Assembly (NCBI RefSeq): GCF_025526975.1
Contig: NW_026515670.1
Coordinates: 1,240,001 to 1,304,000 of the forward strand
DNA length: 64,000 nucleotides
Direction: 5' to 3'
Source: Fimicolochytrium jonesii
Taxonomy: Eukaryota
Positions 51,961-64,000 of this stretch are shown one piece after another. Position 1 is the first letter of the stretch; every line of letters begins with the position of its first letter. Both the position numbers and the translations under genes were made by a program. The notes beneath the pieces were generated by a model that was not told where the DNA came from, made no database searches, and was given only the letters and a program-made list of their open reading frames with translations.

Positions 51961-54900
51961 TCAACCCTCCTCGCTAAATCGACGACCCCATACCCTCGCG
52001 CCGTCAATAACAACCTCCACAGCCAACGCCGCCGAGCTATTACCGATCACTCCGGGCGTCGGGGCGTCGCGAGCCTGGCCCTCCGCAGCAAATGCGGCAG
52101 CGGCGCCTCCCGCCACGGCAGCGATCCCAATCCGCGGCACCGTTGTCGTTGTCGAGGCCGTCCCCACAGCCGGGCGGCATGAGGAGCAATTCCGCACATG
52201 CACTCGCTTGAGCTGCGGAAGCATCATGTCAGCAAAATGGAGCAGCGCGGGGCGCGTAATCGAGTCGCATGAGTCAATGAAAAGCGTGTGAAGCGCGGGA
52301 AGGCGGGACAGCGCTGCCTCGAGCGTCCAGTCCGTGAGGCCGATGTTGCCGGTGAGATCTAGGACACGGAGTTTGCGAAGGCGTGCGATTCGGCGCGGGG
52401 GTGGCGGTCTGGATGAAGAGGCCGAGTCGCGTGGAGCGTAAAATGTGGATTTTGTATCCACGACGGACGAAGTCATGTACATCAGGGATCGGCACTCGGG
52501 AGAAGACGCGTGGAAAGTTGGTGGTGATTTTCGCCTCCTTTTCTGCTTTGCCAGCTTCAGAGCAAGTATTGTTACGGATTCCGATGAGTGGGCACTTCGA
52601 CGTGGGCGCGGTGGTCGAGGAATGAGAACGGGCGGGGAATGCGAAGCTGTTGACGAAGAAGCATTAGAAGCGGCGCGGGCTAACCGGGACTGCCGACGGG
52701 ATGCCCTGGAGGTGTTGGCGGGCGCGATACCGGCGGCCGTACCTGCAGAATTGGAAGCGCCAACGACGTTCGTCGCAGCCGCATTAGCGTTATTGGCAGC
52801 CGGAGTTGTGGGTTGAGCATTCGCGGTCTGGTTCGTGGTGGCTGCATTGCTGTTGTTAGCCCACCCCATGACCTGATGCAGTGGCGGTGGAGTCGCTTTG
52901 CACAATCGCAAGTATAAGAGTCCCGGACAATGATCAGCAATGGCCCGCCCAGTTCGCGGATAGGTGAAGGAGAAACTGAAATCTATCCACTGCAAGTTCG
53001 GGCAGTTGGCCGGCACCGTTGCAAGATCTTTATCGTTGAACCCCGCATGTGATGCCAGTTCGATTTTCCGTAACCGAATTCTGAGCGTCGAGTCGCAAAC
53101 TAGGTGGCGTAGTCGGTTCGATCGCGAGAGTTGTTGCAAATCCGTCATTGTCAGCTCTTTCAAGGCCGGCGAACCACGTCCGATGGTCCGCAGAGATGCA
53201 TTGGCGATGCGCACGTGGTGTAGTAGCAGTGACTGCAATTGCGGGCCAATCTTCTTGGCTACTGGCTGAAGGCCTGCGGCAGTAATGTCGTCTCCATTCA
53301 GCTCCAGATACTCGAGCAGAGGAGCCGCGGTAATTAGAGCCGCAAGGGAGGCGTCGGAGAAAACCGTCGTGTGTTTACTATGGAATTTCAATGCCTTCAA
53401 CTTTGGCAGAGCATTGGCCGTGACCAAGGTTCCCAGCAGTTCTCCGGTCACGCCAATATGCACGGTCGCTTCTAGCGACTCCAGCGACCTCAGCTTTGGC
53501 GCAACCGAACAAAGAGCAGGCACCGCAGCTCGATCGATCACCAAACTTAGATGCTTGAGATGATCGCATCCGTTCAAAAGAATCTCCAAACCATTCGCTG
53601 GCAGATCGAAGAGCACCATGTTCAACCGCAGCGTTTCCAGGAAGGGGCACACGCTGATGAGACGTGCAGTAGAGAAGGAAAACGTGCACCAGAGGAGCCA
53701 GAACCCCCGTGTCTGAATCCGCGAGTCTTCGCCGAGCTGCAGTTCACGTAAGGGCAGGGCGGTGCGTTTAGCGCCGTCTACGATTGCCCACGGGTACTGC
53801 TTGATTCGATCTGGGTCATAAATGCATGTTGGTCAAGTAACTGACCGGCACACGGAGATGAAAACGTGGAAACACGCTTACAGCATCCCATGAGGTTCAC
53901 TGCTACAATGGCCGGCATTCGGAAAATGCGACCAATGCCGCGTTCGGTGATGCGAAACAGATAGGAGAGATTTAAGTGTGTCAGATGCGGAAGATAGTAT
54001 GAGAGGACTTCGAGACCAGCCTGTAGATCGCAAACAAAATGGTACCATGAGTGAATTTAGAGCGCACAGACTTCAGAACACAGAGATTCATGGGTTGCCA
54101 GGCATGTTATTTCCCTCCCTGTGCCTGTCATCCGTTTTACAGACGTTCAGGCCGTGGGCCAATTTGGCCCAGCGCTGCCGTTGATATTGAGACCCGCTGC
54201 TCCGTCCTTCCGACCTTCCTCATCCCCACATTGCATGGCTGAATTCTCGCATCTCCTGGGTCATACCAATCCGGCTGCACTTTGTCTCCCGGACTCACAT
54301 CATCCACAGACTCGCAGTGCGATAGATCGAGTGCCCGCAATGCGGTGAGACCCCGCAGATTGTAGAGCGACCCGGAATCAACGTTGGGACATCCATTCAA
54401 AACCTACAAATTGGTGATTCTGGGATTAATGCTAGATCAGGTTCGCCCACTTCGGCTCTCCATACCAGATGCGACAGCGTATCCTTGAGCGTAAGCCGGA
54501 TGCATGGGGTGTCCATGAAGACAGACGGGTCTACGTCTGTCATGAGTGTGCCGCGGTTTTGAGTCAGAGTTCAATGCCGCATTGGCGGAGCATGAACCTG
54601 AAGACTACACACCTGTGCAGCTTAGATCCAACCTCGCAAGCTTGGTGAACCGTCCAGCGGATGCGCTATCTGCGAAAACAAACTGCAGAAGGGTGTCGGT
54701 GCGTCGGGCACCTTCGGCTACGCTTTTGTCTCCGCCAAGCTGTATCACGCAATGTGAGCTAGGTACTTGACACCACCTGGTGAAACAAATCGACAGCAAA
54801 CTCACCGAAAAGCGATTTGACCAATCTAATCTCGTCCATAGTCTCGGTGTGCAATACATCACATCCTTCCATCTCCGGTGGGTTCGCAGGGCGCGACACC

Positions 54901-55246
54901 GTGATTTCACGTCCAGATAGGCAAAGATGCGCACGAGTAGCTCTGCAGGCAGATGCGCGTCGACGGCTGATACGCATGTGACAAATGAGACTATGGAAAG
55001 ACATGGGTGGCTGGTATGCGAAACCGGCGTGGTGGGGCTGGCTATAACGGTGGCAGTTTGCGATATCCGGGATGGGGAGAGAGGTGTCGACGTTGATGTT
55101 GATGTTGGAATTCCTACCACCTTAGATGATGTATGGGTAATGCTGGAGGATTGAGATGCTGGTAGGGTTGGAAGAGGTTTCTTCTGTAGAGCTGGTAGCC
55201 GCCGATCTGCTTGTGCGGGATGTGGACGTGCTGCCATTTCGACCAT
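51961..55246 (-). CDS. F-box / leucine-rich repeat (FBXL/RNI-like) protein (multi-exon)
   Basis: F-box HLPAELLVRIFAYLDVKSRCRALRTHRRWKDV, then Cys-containing LRRs (LRALDLSHCESV, CPNLQWIDFS, LRVLDLTGNIGLTD). Confidence 0.85.
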
Positions 55247-55611
55247 CGGGTGGATGGTCGGTACTGCGTCGAACGGCCTTAGAGGGTCCTCGAGAGCCGC
55301 CGCTATAATTCTCGCTTAGCCCTCGAATGACGCGACTGATTGCAAAGGCACCGTCGAACTTTCGTCTACAACGAAAAAACGAGAGTATGACAATCTACTG
55401 GGAAGCAGTGTGTAAATTCGCAGAATTGGCTTTTATTCCTCTCGATTTGTATCAATTTAACGGGAAAACTAACATATGGGCTAGATCTGAAGAGCTCAGT
55501 TCTACGATTTTCCCCTCTGATGTGTTTGCCTCACGTCCAACAATTGCTGCTGGTTGAGAAGCCAAGTTCTGCGCCATTTAGGATTTAGGCGTAACTTTGG
55601 AAGTTCTGAGG

Positions 55612-55677
55612 TCTGGCGTATTCGGAGGAAGGGTTGTGGGGGGAACTACATCTGGCGTATTCGGAGGAAGGGTTGTG
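55612..55677 (+). repeat. Perfect 27-bp direct repeat (2 copies) in the F-box/RPS28 divergent promoter
   Basis: TCTGGCGTATTCGGAGGAAGGGTTGTG at 55612-55638 and 55651-55677. Confidence 0.9.
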
Positions 55678-55722
55678 AGCGGAATTTCAGAATAGGCGAT
55701 TTTGACAGCGCGGATTAAATCT

Positions 55723-55732
55723 CGCACGTGAC
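55723..55732. promoter_or_regulatory. E-box/CDEI-like motif CGCACGTGAC upstream of RPS28
   Basis: About 90 bp before the ATG at 55824. Same 10-mer as upstream of RPL31. Confidence 0.5.
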
Positions 55733-55823
55733 TGCGCAATCCGAACGCCGTGTTCAGCGAGTCCAATGAGGCAGCCAATACTGCTCTTCCCTTTCTTCGC
55801 CCATACAGGATAACCAAACAGCA

Positions 55824-56648
55824 ATGGTAGGCATCGACCCCACGATCGAACGAACGAAGGCGAGGGCAGGGGAGATAGGGAGGGGATGGATGCTGGAGGT
55901 TTCAAGTGTGGAAACGGAGGGGAGGGATGGATGGAAGATTGATGGATGGATTGTGTGCGGCGGATGAGGAATGTAGGCACCGAGGACATTCCCGATGAAG
56001 AATTGGGCACAGATACGACCGGGAGTAATTCACGACGAGTCGACGACGACCCACGCCAGACGGTTATCGACACTATGAAAATAACTTTCACCCGCTTCAC
56101 CATGCTTCGGAGCGCCACTCTCTCTCTCTCGGTTTGCATGCTATCGCTAGGATTAAGACAGGGCTGGGTTGGGAGGAATCGACTGGTAGTGGAGAGATAG
56201 GGTGTTGGAGGTGCAGAGCTTTGCAGGGGTGGAGGTGTCGAAGGAAATAGCCTTTTCGCAAAAACCGCAATTGAATGGCGAACTTATGATTCTTCGAATT
56301 CCGTTTTCCCAGGACGCTAAAAGTGCTGCCCCTAAGCTTGCCCGCGTTGTGAAGGTGCTCGGACGCACCGGATCTCGGTGAGTTCACCCCGCTTGTGCAC
56401 CACATTAAAAACAGCAGTTAGGCTAACAAATGTCTCTATCAAAGTGGTGGTGTCACCCAAGTCCGTGTCGAGTTCATGGACGACTCCAACCGATCCATCA
56501 TCCGCAATGTGAAGGGACCCGTCCGCGAGAACGGTATGGGATCATTTCACTCAGACGGAGCATCATAAGCGTGATAGCTGATATTCTACGATTTTCAGAC
56601 ATCCTCACCCTCCTCGAGTCTGAGCGTGAAGCCCGTCGTCTTCGTTAG
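55824..56648 (+). CDS. RPS28: 40S ribosomal protein S28 (eS28); exons 55824-55826, 56313-56377, 56445-56533, 56599-56648
   Basis: [68 protein letters not shown]. The ATG-only first coding exon is inferred from CAGCAATG|GTAGGC. Confidence 0.93.
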
Positions 56649-57946
56649 ATTACGCATGTCCCCGTCGCCATGTTCATAAATCTTAGTGGGCGCTCTTTGC
56701 GTGGGGTATGAAGCCGCCGTCCCTGCCGAACAAAGTGGTTTCGATGGATATCACCCGATTGCATCCGATGCTGTGGAGCCTTCCTTGTACATTTGGATGG
56801 GGCCGGAGGGCGGTTTCTGTGGTGACTGGGCCTCCTGGTTCCCATCAATAATAACATCATCACTTTTCGCCAAAGACAACGTTGCATGTGTCGTCGAAGC
56901 ACTGGGAGGATGGACGATACGATGGGAACCGGGATGCGGAGACTAGGCGATGCTTCCTGAGGTTGGAGTTTGGGGGGAGACGAACTTCAGCTGGCGGGTA
57001 TGCGCTGGCGACGATGGAATGCTTATGAGCTTCTTCGTGTTCCAAGCGTTCTGACGGACATCTGCAGTCTATGGAACAAACATCTCCAGACTCTGCGCTA
57101 CTCTTCATACAGTACTTGTAGGATGGTGGCGAAGCCTTGTGTCCATCGGTGTCTATGTCGATGACGTTTAGCGCCTTCAAATGTCCACTGCCCATATGTT
57201 TTCGGACAGTGCGACGGTGCAGCTGCCTAACAGGAACCCTGGCCACCCCCGCGGATCCAGCAATTTGACTTCTGCGTAATTTAACCCAATTGTTTACCTT
57301 CATTCATTTCAACTTTGCATACCACATGTCTCCAATAATATCACAGCGGTTTCTCCGTAGAAGTACAAGCACGCGCCTTGACTAAAAACTATCAAGAAGT
57401 TCCAGAAAGGGTGGAAAAGTACGTGTGTGCTGAAGGCGCAGGATACATGCGTTGGGCTCGGTGGGGCATGGGAGGAAACGTCTCACAGTCTCACGTTAGG
57501 TCACGCGTTCTCCGCGGCATCTGTTTGCAAATCGAGGGGACTTTCTTACCATCTTCTCCGCGGCCTCCCCGCGGGAGGGCTATTTGGGCTCACACTTACA
57601 AACGACATAAACATTAGCACAATGGCGTCAAATAGGCGTGGAACAGTATGCGGATATAAGGCAGGTATGGTCGGCCGCCAGGCTTGGTAGTAGGAGGAGC
57701 CCGCGGGGTTACATTGCTGGAGGGATCCGAGTAAGGATTTGGTTGCGGGCGAACTGAGGTAGGTGACGGACCAGGATATAAAGAGCTAGCGTCTGCCGAC
57801 ACACCCCCGGCTTCTGAAGCTCCTCAGTTTTGTTTCGCAAAGACCTCTTGGTGTAAAGGCATTTTACTCGGCAGTCATCAATTTAGCAAACTTTCAACGG
57901 CAAACACAACTAGTACCAAAAGGAAAAAGCGGAGCGCTTGCAAGCC

Positions 57947-58798
57947 ATGTTGGACTTCAGCAGCGCCGCAGCGGCCAACGCCACGATCTTCTCTGCTCTC
58001 CACGCCCCGCTCAACCCGCCCATTATCGGCCCGCTCTGGACCCATCTCACATCAACCTACTCCGAGCGCACGCTCTTCATGGCAGGCACATGGATCGTTC
58101 AGTTCGGCGTCTTCTGGGCCTGGGCGCTCTTCTACCTCTCCATCGACATCTTCCAGCCTTCCTTCATCTACAAGTACAAGATCCAAGAGGACGTGAAGCC
58201 GACGCCCGCGATGTTGCGCAAATGTGCGGCTGTCGTGCTTTTTAACCAGACCGTCGTCGCCGGCGGCCTGTTGGTGCTTACGTACCCGCTGATGAAGCAC
58301 CAGGGCATGTCCGCGTCGCCGTTTTTGCCGTCGATCCTGGAATTCGCGACGTGCTTTGTGGTCTCGTTGCTGGTGGAGGAGGTCGGGTTTTACTACTCGC
58401 ACCGCCTGTTCCATACCAAGTTCTTTTACAAACGGTTCCACAAGTTGCATCACCAGTTCACCGCGCCCGTCGGGATGGCGGCAGAGTACGCACACCCGCT
58501 AGAGCATATCTTCGCCAATATCACGCCGATTGTCACCGGCCCACTGCTAATGGGCGCGCACCTCTCGTTCCTGTGGTTCTGGATGGCGTTCACGCTGTCC
58601 ACGACCGTCAACACGCATTCGGGGTACGACACGCCCATTCATAATGGGATGTCGCGGAACCATGATATGCACCATGAAAAGTTCAACGTGAATTTTGGCG
58701 TGCTGGGGTTCTTGGACTGGCTGCATGGCACCGACGTCGCTTACAAGAGGCGATATGGAAAGCTGCCGCCGGCGGACAAGACCACTAAAGTTCAGTAG
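57947..58798 (+). CDS. Fatty-acid hydroxylase / sterol desaturase superfamily protein (FAXDC2/ERG25-like), intronless
   Basis: His boxes [21 protein letters not shown] and [19 protein letters not shown], with multiple TM segments. TATAAA at 57777. Confidence 0.88.
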   Translation: MLDFSSAAAANATIFSALHAPLNPPIIGPLWTHLTSTYSERTLFMAGTWIVQFGVFWAWALFYLSIDIFQPSFIYKYKIQEDVKPTPAMLRKCAAVVLFNQTVVAGGLLVLTYPLMKHQGMSASPFLPSILEFATCFVVSLLVEEVGFYYSHRLFHTKFFYKRFHKLHHQFTAPVGMAAEYAHPLEHIFANITPIVTGPLLMGAHLSFLWFWMAFTLSTTVNTHSGYDTPIHNGMSRNHDMHHEKFNVNFGVLGFLDWLHGTDVAYKRRYGKLPPADKTTKVQ

Positions 58799-61700
58799 TT
58801 TCTGTATAGTTTTTTCCCCGCGATGGCGATGATATCCTTGAAAAGAAGTCCTTCACTGGTTTTCTTTTCTGCTAGCAGCCGTACTCCCCGATTTTGTGCC
58901 GTATTCCCCGATAATCAGTAGACACACATCCTTTTCCGTGTTCTTCCCTTTAATAGGATCAATTTAATTTGCCCATGTAATCTACTGCATAACCTTCGGG
59001 TGGGAACCCATGGACAGGATCCTCCGATTCGTTCTTTTATGAAGCAGATCTAAGTATCTCGTACGACATGGTGCATTTCATTTTGCGACGAGATATGAAT
59101 GGCGGGATTGGGAGGGCTCTCGCCATGTGCAGCTGCAGCACACACACTTCCCTGGGAGATGCGATGAGAAGCACGCGAGAAGGAAAACTAAGAGATCTCT
59201 CATCTACTGCAGACGCACGCATCAGGGTGGCCCGCACACCCATGTCCAGCACGGAGATAGCCAACCTGCTGCATGGCTTCCAGAATGCGATTGTTTGATG
59301 CATCGTCCATCGCATGCTAAGGCGCGGAGGCAAATGTCCATACTGTACAACTCCATCCTCCCTGAATATGGCGACACATTCGGGCGTATATTACAGTAAA
59401 ACACAGAAACCAACATCCGAACAATGGCTTCGTGCGCTATGACCCAGGGTGCTTGTCCGGTAGAACGGAGCGAATCGCCGTTGACATGGCTGTGAGTTTC
59501 TATTTTCATCTGTCGTAAATACACTGGGAAGATTTGGCTTCATCTGAATGGAAATGGATCCCTCCGGCTTGCTCCGCGCGATAAGGTGATCGACGGTTCA
59601 GGATTCAGCGAGGTGTGGGAAGATCGCAATACAATCCTTCTGATTCCTTGGTCAGTGCACATGCGACGAACCTACAAGTTCCTGGTCGTCAGCACATCCC
59701 CTGGACGTCCAAGCGCCGAAGATATGCCGTCTCTCCAACCAAAAACCCGCGTCCAAAAGAGATCGTCTTGATGATGATAGTTCGCAAGGGGACCAGGCCG
59801 TAACTGCCCACTATCGACCAAGACAGTCGAGGGCATTGCCAGTTTAGCCAATTTCCTTCTATGGGCGCGCATCTGTTCAGGTCTGCTTCAGCCTTTTTCG
59901 CGGGTCACCATGTCACAAGGAATTTTGGCTTGAACGCGGTTTCCACGCATTGCAATGTTGACAGCTCTTCGTGGGGGCCTGAGTAGAATGGGTTGCGTGG
60001 ATCTACAGTAGATGTATGTATCAAACAGATGCCAGTGATTGTTGCGACACTTGCTGGGAATTCCCAATACCCTCGTCCATTCGTTCGAAATGAGGTCACG
60101 TGCTACGTTTAATTATATGTAGAGAAGGTGTTGCTCGTTGGTGGCGGCTTCGGGCGTGATCTGGGGCTTGGCACCTTCATCTCGTGGAGGCCGCTCACTT
60201 TCGGGTCACAACATACCAACGATAAACACCCGTTGGCCGGGCTTGCGGCTTCGACTTATTCCTGGCCTTATGATATTTGCGAGTCTAGTGCTGCGCGTTC
60301 GGCCATCTGGAAGCGTGCTGTTTGCCATTGGACGTTTACGGGCCCCCTGTTTGAGAATAGCAATCCATCGACATTTCAAGTCCCATGACGGCCTCCCATC
60401 CCATCCCAATTTTGGAGGCTGCGACGGCGGTAGTAAATATCATCCATCAGTCAGACTCGCCATTATGATGCGACATGATATATGCCATTCCGTATGCGTT
60501 TTGCGCGATCAGGGTTTACGCTCGGGCACCCAAATCTGGCCCATTGGAGTGCCGAGTTCCGATTGCGTCCACTGATCAGTGACGGGGAATAACGTTCGTT
60601 CGGGCAAATGGGCTTTGCGAGGAATCACATGTGGCACAGGACCACAACTGCCTCCCCTTTTGGCTACTCCGCCCTGAATCACTGTGATGATGATTCCTCC
60701 GAATCGCCCCCAGCCCCCAGCCAACCGGGATTAGATGGGTGGACACGTCGCAAGGAGTCATGATTGTGCCATGACCTTCCATGGCCCTTATCGTGTTCCC
60801 AAGTCCAAGAAGGGGTATTGCGAGTCTGATCGGACGGGATATCGAAATAATTTTTGGCCGCTGGCGTCAAATAAAGCCAAGCCAGCGGTGACGGGCAGCC
60901 TCGCGCTTCCGCTCCTCCTGCTCCACAAGTCCTATCCCCCCCGCGGTAAGTACTAAAAGTTGTTCCCCCCCCCCCCTCAACGACTATGCTGGTATCCATG
61001 TCCACTGCCCCTCTCTCCTCACGGCGGCCCATCCCGCAAGACCAAAACTCACCTTGTCTTCCCCTTTCCTCCGGTAGCCAGCGCATGAGAGGAACTTTCG
61101 CGAACATTCCACCCACAATCCGCTCTCCGCATCGTCCTCGTCTCGCACACAAGAATCTGAGGCCACCTTGAAACACACAAGCAGCCCCAGCTTCGCTCTC
61201 CACACTCAACCCAATCCCTTCGCCCCGCACACTCACTTGTGACAACGGCTTTGTGACAGCAGTGCCCAAGCCTTCAAGTGAATTCCTACATACTCCGCTC
61301 GTCAGCGTAGTCGCCATTCTCTCGTATACACTGTTGTGTAAGTTCTCTCCTCACACATACCCCTCCGTCCCATTCCGAAGCAAGGGCTTCCCGGTGGAGA
61401 AGCATCACGACGGTGTGAACCTTCGTTACGTTCTCACTCACCGTATTCCTTACATACAGGCAAACAAGACCAGCCTCGAGCAAGACCATTGCCCCACGCA
61501 TATTCGCCCCAGCCCTGCGACTAGCGACTGAAGTCGCCTGCGCTCACAACACAACAGAACACCAACGTTCCTGACCCGCTCCTCCCGGGCATTGCGGACA
61601 ACGTCAATAGCCTAGGCTCAGTTGTGGTAATACGGCCCGCTACGCACGATCCATTGGCACCCAGCAAAGCACCACCGAACGTTCCCCAATCGCATCATCA

Positions 61701-62505
61701 CCATTCTGATTGCAACGAACTTGGTGTTGGTCTGGTTGTCCGACGTCTCCTTGGCACATTTGACCAACTCTTACTGAGGTGACCCTCAGCTCCGGAAACC
61801 GTTCGATCACTGGTGATACCAAGGTTTTTACGGAGACCAGCCCTAGACTTTAGAGGGTGACTTCAGGAAGTCGCTTCACATACGACCTATACACCCCTTT
61901 GCCATTTAAGTCTTCTCGAGCCAACCGCGCTGTAACAAGCTGGTTGCCTTCTTGACGTGAGTTTGTTTGTTTTGTGGGCACGTTGTGCCGTCATTCGGCC
62001 GTTTCACGGGCGCGACAGTTTCAGGAGTATATGACTCTTAAGCTCATTCTTATTTGGATTCGCAGGACCTCGTTATATATCTCGTATTCCGTGCCATTCG
62101 TGCATAGAGCTTCATTACCACAACTTTGCAACGATTTTGACCAACATGATGACCACTTTGTAAATTCCCATCCGAATGCCATCTTCGCTTTGCTCCTGAG
62201 GAGAAGCACCACGTACGCCCAACAAGCAATGTGATTACTGTTTACCACTATCATCCTCTGTGTCTGTAAGTGTTCCGTTTTATGATTCTCTGCCGGATTC
62301 GAGAGGTCCATCAGAAACTCATTGCCTTCTTCTGCCATTCGCAGCGGGTTTCACCCATTCACTATCTTGTCCCGCAACACCTACTCTTCGGAAATTATCC
62401 GGTCGCACATATCGCACGCGCATTCCCAATTTTGTTTTTCAGGCCCTTCAGTCATCAACCATATTCCCACGCACCTATCACGAGATTGAGACTCATCTCA
62501 CAGCA

Positions 62506-63954
62506 ATGGCCCGTATCGATCCCAACGATCCTCAATGTCTACTCGGCATGAAAATCGGCCCCGGCGACCATCTGACCTTGCACCACGTGCTCGGCGTTGG
62601 CTCATTCGCCGTCGTGTACGAGGCCTCCTCCACTAGGTCGCCCTCTACCCAATACGCGGTCAAGGCGTTGTTCAAGCAGAACCTGGAACCTGAACAACTC
62701 GCCGCTCAAAAGCTCGAGGCTGAAATCATGTCTACCATCCTTCCTCAGCACGACAACGTCGTTAGAATCTATGATGTCATCGACACCAAGGATTGCCTCT
62801 TCCTCGTCATGGAAAACTGCGAGGGAGACTTGTTTGAGATGCTCGAGACCGGCGGCCTGCGAGAGGATGACGTATCCTTCTACTTCAATCAGATATGCGC
62901 TGCCGTCTTGCACGCTCACGACCACGGCATCTATCATCGCGATCTCAAGCCCGAGAACATTCTTGTCTCATCGGACATGCTCAAGCTCTCCGACTTTGGT
63001 CTTGCCACGACAGAGAAGAAGTCCAGGGAAATTGGCGTCGGATCGGTTCGTTACATGTCCCCTGAATGTTTCGATGGTTATGACTACGACTGTGCTTCGA
63101 ACGATGCGTGGGCGCTTGGAATCATCCTTATCAATCTCGTGACCGGTACGAACCCCTGGATCGAGCCGTCTGTGCGCTCCGATATCAACTACGCTCAGTT
63201 TGACAAGGAAGGCGTCGAGTGCCTGAAGAGACGGTTCGGTTTCACTGACGAGTTCACTCAAGTTTTGGATCAGATCTTCCGCCTTCGCGTCGGAGTTGAG
63301 CGCATGTGCGAACTCGTGGCTCAGACCAAGACTTTTGTCAACCCGATTGTTGATGAAGACGTCGATGAGCGTCAGTACCGCGTGCCGGATGTTGTGGTCA
63401 GCAGCCCAATTGATACACCTGCGAAGCCGACTACGTTCACGCCCGTCGGTGTCAGCTCTAGCCCGTTCTCTATCACTGGGTTCGACTGGGCTGCGGACGA
63501 TGATGAGATGGACTACAGCGTTCTCCCCGTCTTTGGGACATCGCCCACGAAAATCGATTCCGACGCGGGAATGGAAAGTCAAAAGGGGAAACTGGCTCTC
63601 AGCGACAAGCAAAGCAACTCTTCGTCCGTCCGGTCCACAGTTTCTGACGATGAGTCTCCGTTCGCCTTTGAACAACACGAGGAGGAAGAAGAGGAGGCCG
63701 CCCAAGTTGAACGTGCATCCACACCCACGCCTCCGCCGCCCACTCCCGTGTCCAACCGCCGTGGTCGTCGTCACAACAACAAGCGCCGCCCCGTCGTTCC
63801 CGCAAATGTCAAGCCCAACCCGAACTCACCGGCCATGCCCGCGACCGAGCTCATTCGGAGCACCATCACCAGCCTGCAATGTTTCCTGTCTGGTGTCGGC
63901 GACAAGGTCGTGCAAGAGACCAGGCGTGGGGGCGTGTACGTTGTTGACGTTTGA
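62506..63954 (+). CDS. Ser/Thr protein kinase, RAN1/Pat1/Sks1-like family
   Basis: LGVGSFAVVY, YAVK, YHRDLKPENIL, DFGLAT, GSVRYMSPEC and NDAWALGIILINLVTGTNPW. Likely ATG at 62506. Confidence 0.88.
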   Translation: MARIDPNDPQCLLGMKIGPGDHLTLHHVLGVGSFAVVYEASSTRSPSTQYAVKALFKQNLEPEQLAAQKLEAEIMSTILPQHDNVVRIYDVIDTKDCLFLVMENCEGDLFEMLETGGLREDDVSFYFNQICAAVLHAHDHGIYHRDLKPENILVSSDMLKLSDFGLATTEKKSREIGVGSVRYMSPECFDGYDYDCASNDAWALGIILINLVTGTNPWIEPSVRSDINYAQFDKEGVECLKRRFGFTDEFTQVLDQIFRLRVGVERMCELVAQTKTFVNPIVDEDVDERQYRVPDVVVSSPIDTPAKPTTFTPVGVSSSPFSITGFDWAADDDEMDYSVLPVFGTSPTKIDSDAGMESQKGKLALSDKQSNSSSVRSTVSDDESPFAFEQHEEEEEEAAQVERASTPTPPPPTPVSNRRGRRHNNKRRPVVPANVKPNPNSPAMPATELIRSTITSLQCFLSGVGDKVVQETRRGGVYVVDV

Positions 63955-64000
63955 GTACCGGTGAGGCGATAACTCTATTCCCACATCGATTCAAGACAGA

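Noticed and set aside
55612..55677. CRISPR-like repeat-spacer-repeat
   Set aside because: Only two copies, a 12-bp spacer, no cas genes and a eukaryotic context.
62968..63774. Long antisense ORFs over the kinase (and similarly over Lon, ROCK-like, FHIP, epimerase)
   Set aside because: Expected shadow ORFs of GC-rich, codon-biased genes.

Overview
Eukaryotic, intron-rich, gene-dense genomic DNA with short GT-AG introns. The gene content points to a zoosporic (flagellated) fungus, most likely a chytrid. Fungal-type genes (OLE1 with fused cytochrome b5, stand-alone URA3, heme-thiolate peroxidase, GEM1, RAN1-family kinase) sit beside genes lost in Dikarya (TTLL4-like tubulin glutamylase, ROCK/MRCK-like kinase, apicortin). 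About 20 protein-coding genes can be read: SIN3 (5'-truncated), PIM1/Lon, heme-thiolate peroxidase, OLE1, TTLL4-like, ROCK-like kinase, C6orf136/DUF2358-like, FHIP/FAM160, aldose 1-epimerase, a PHD-finger protein, apicortin, CCR4, URA3, RPL31, GEM1/Miro, GH26-like hydrolase, F-box/LRR, RPS28, a sterol desaturase/fatty-acid hydroxylase and a RAN1-like kinase. Apicortin, the PHD finger and the kinase C1 domain only appear after manual splicing. The most unusual signals are: (1) an array of strand-specific GA-mismatch/GNA-loop hairpins in an oversized FHIP intron; (2) an interstitial TTAGGG tract plus a CGCACGTGAC motif shared by both ribosomal-protein promoters; (3) HR1-like repeats inserted inside the split PH-C1 module of the ROCK-like kinase; (4) a decayed TET/JBP-like dioxygenase remnant; (5) a multi-intron, uORF-containing kinase leader; and (6) repeated abrupt C/A-rich to G/T-rich skew switches. 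All calls were made by eye without database searches, and exon boundaries are predictions. No rRNA, convincing tRNA, CRISPR array or intact transposon was seen.
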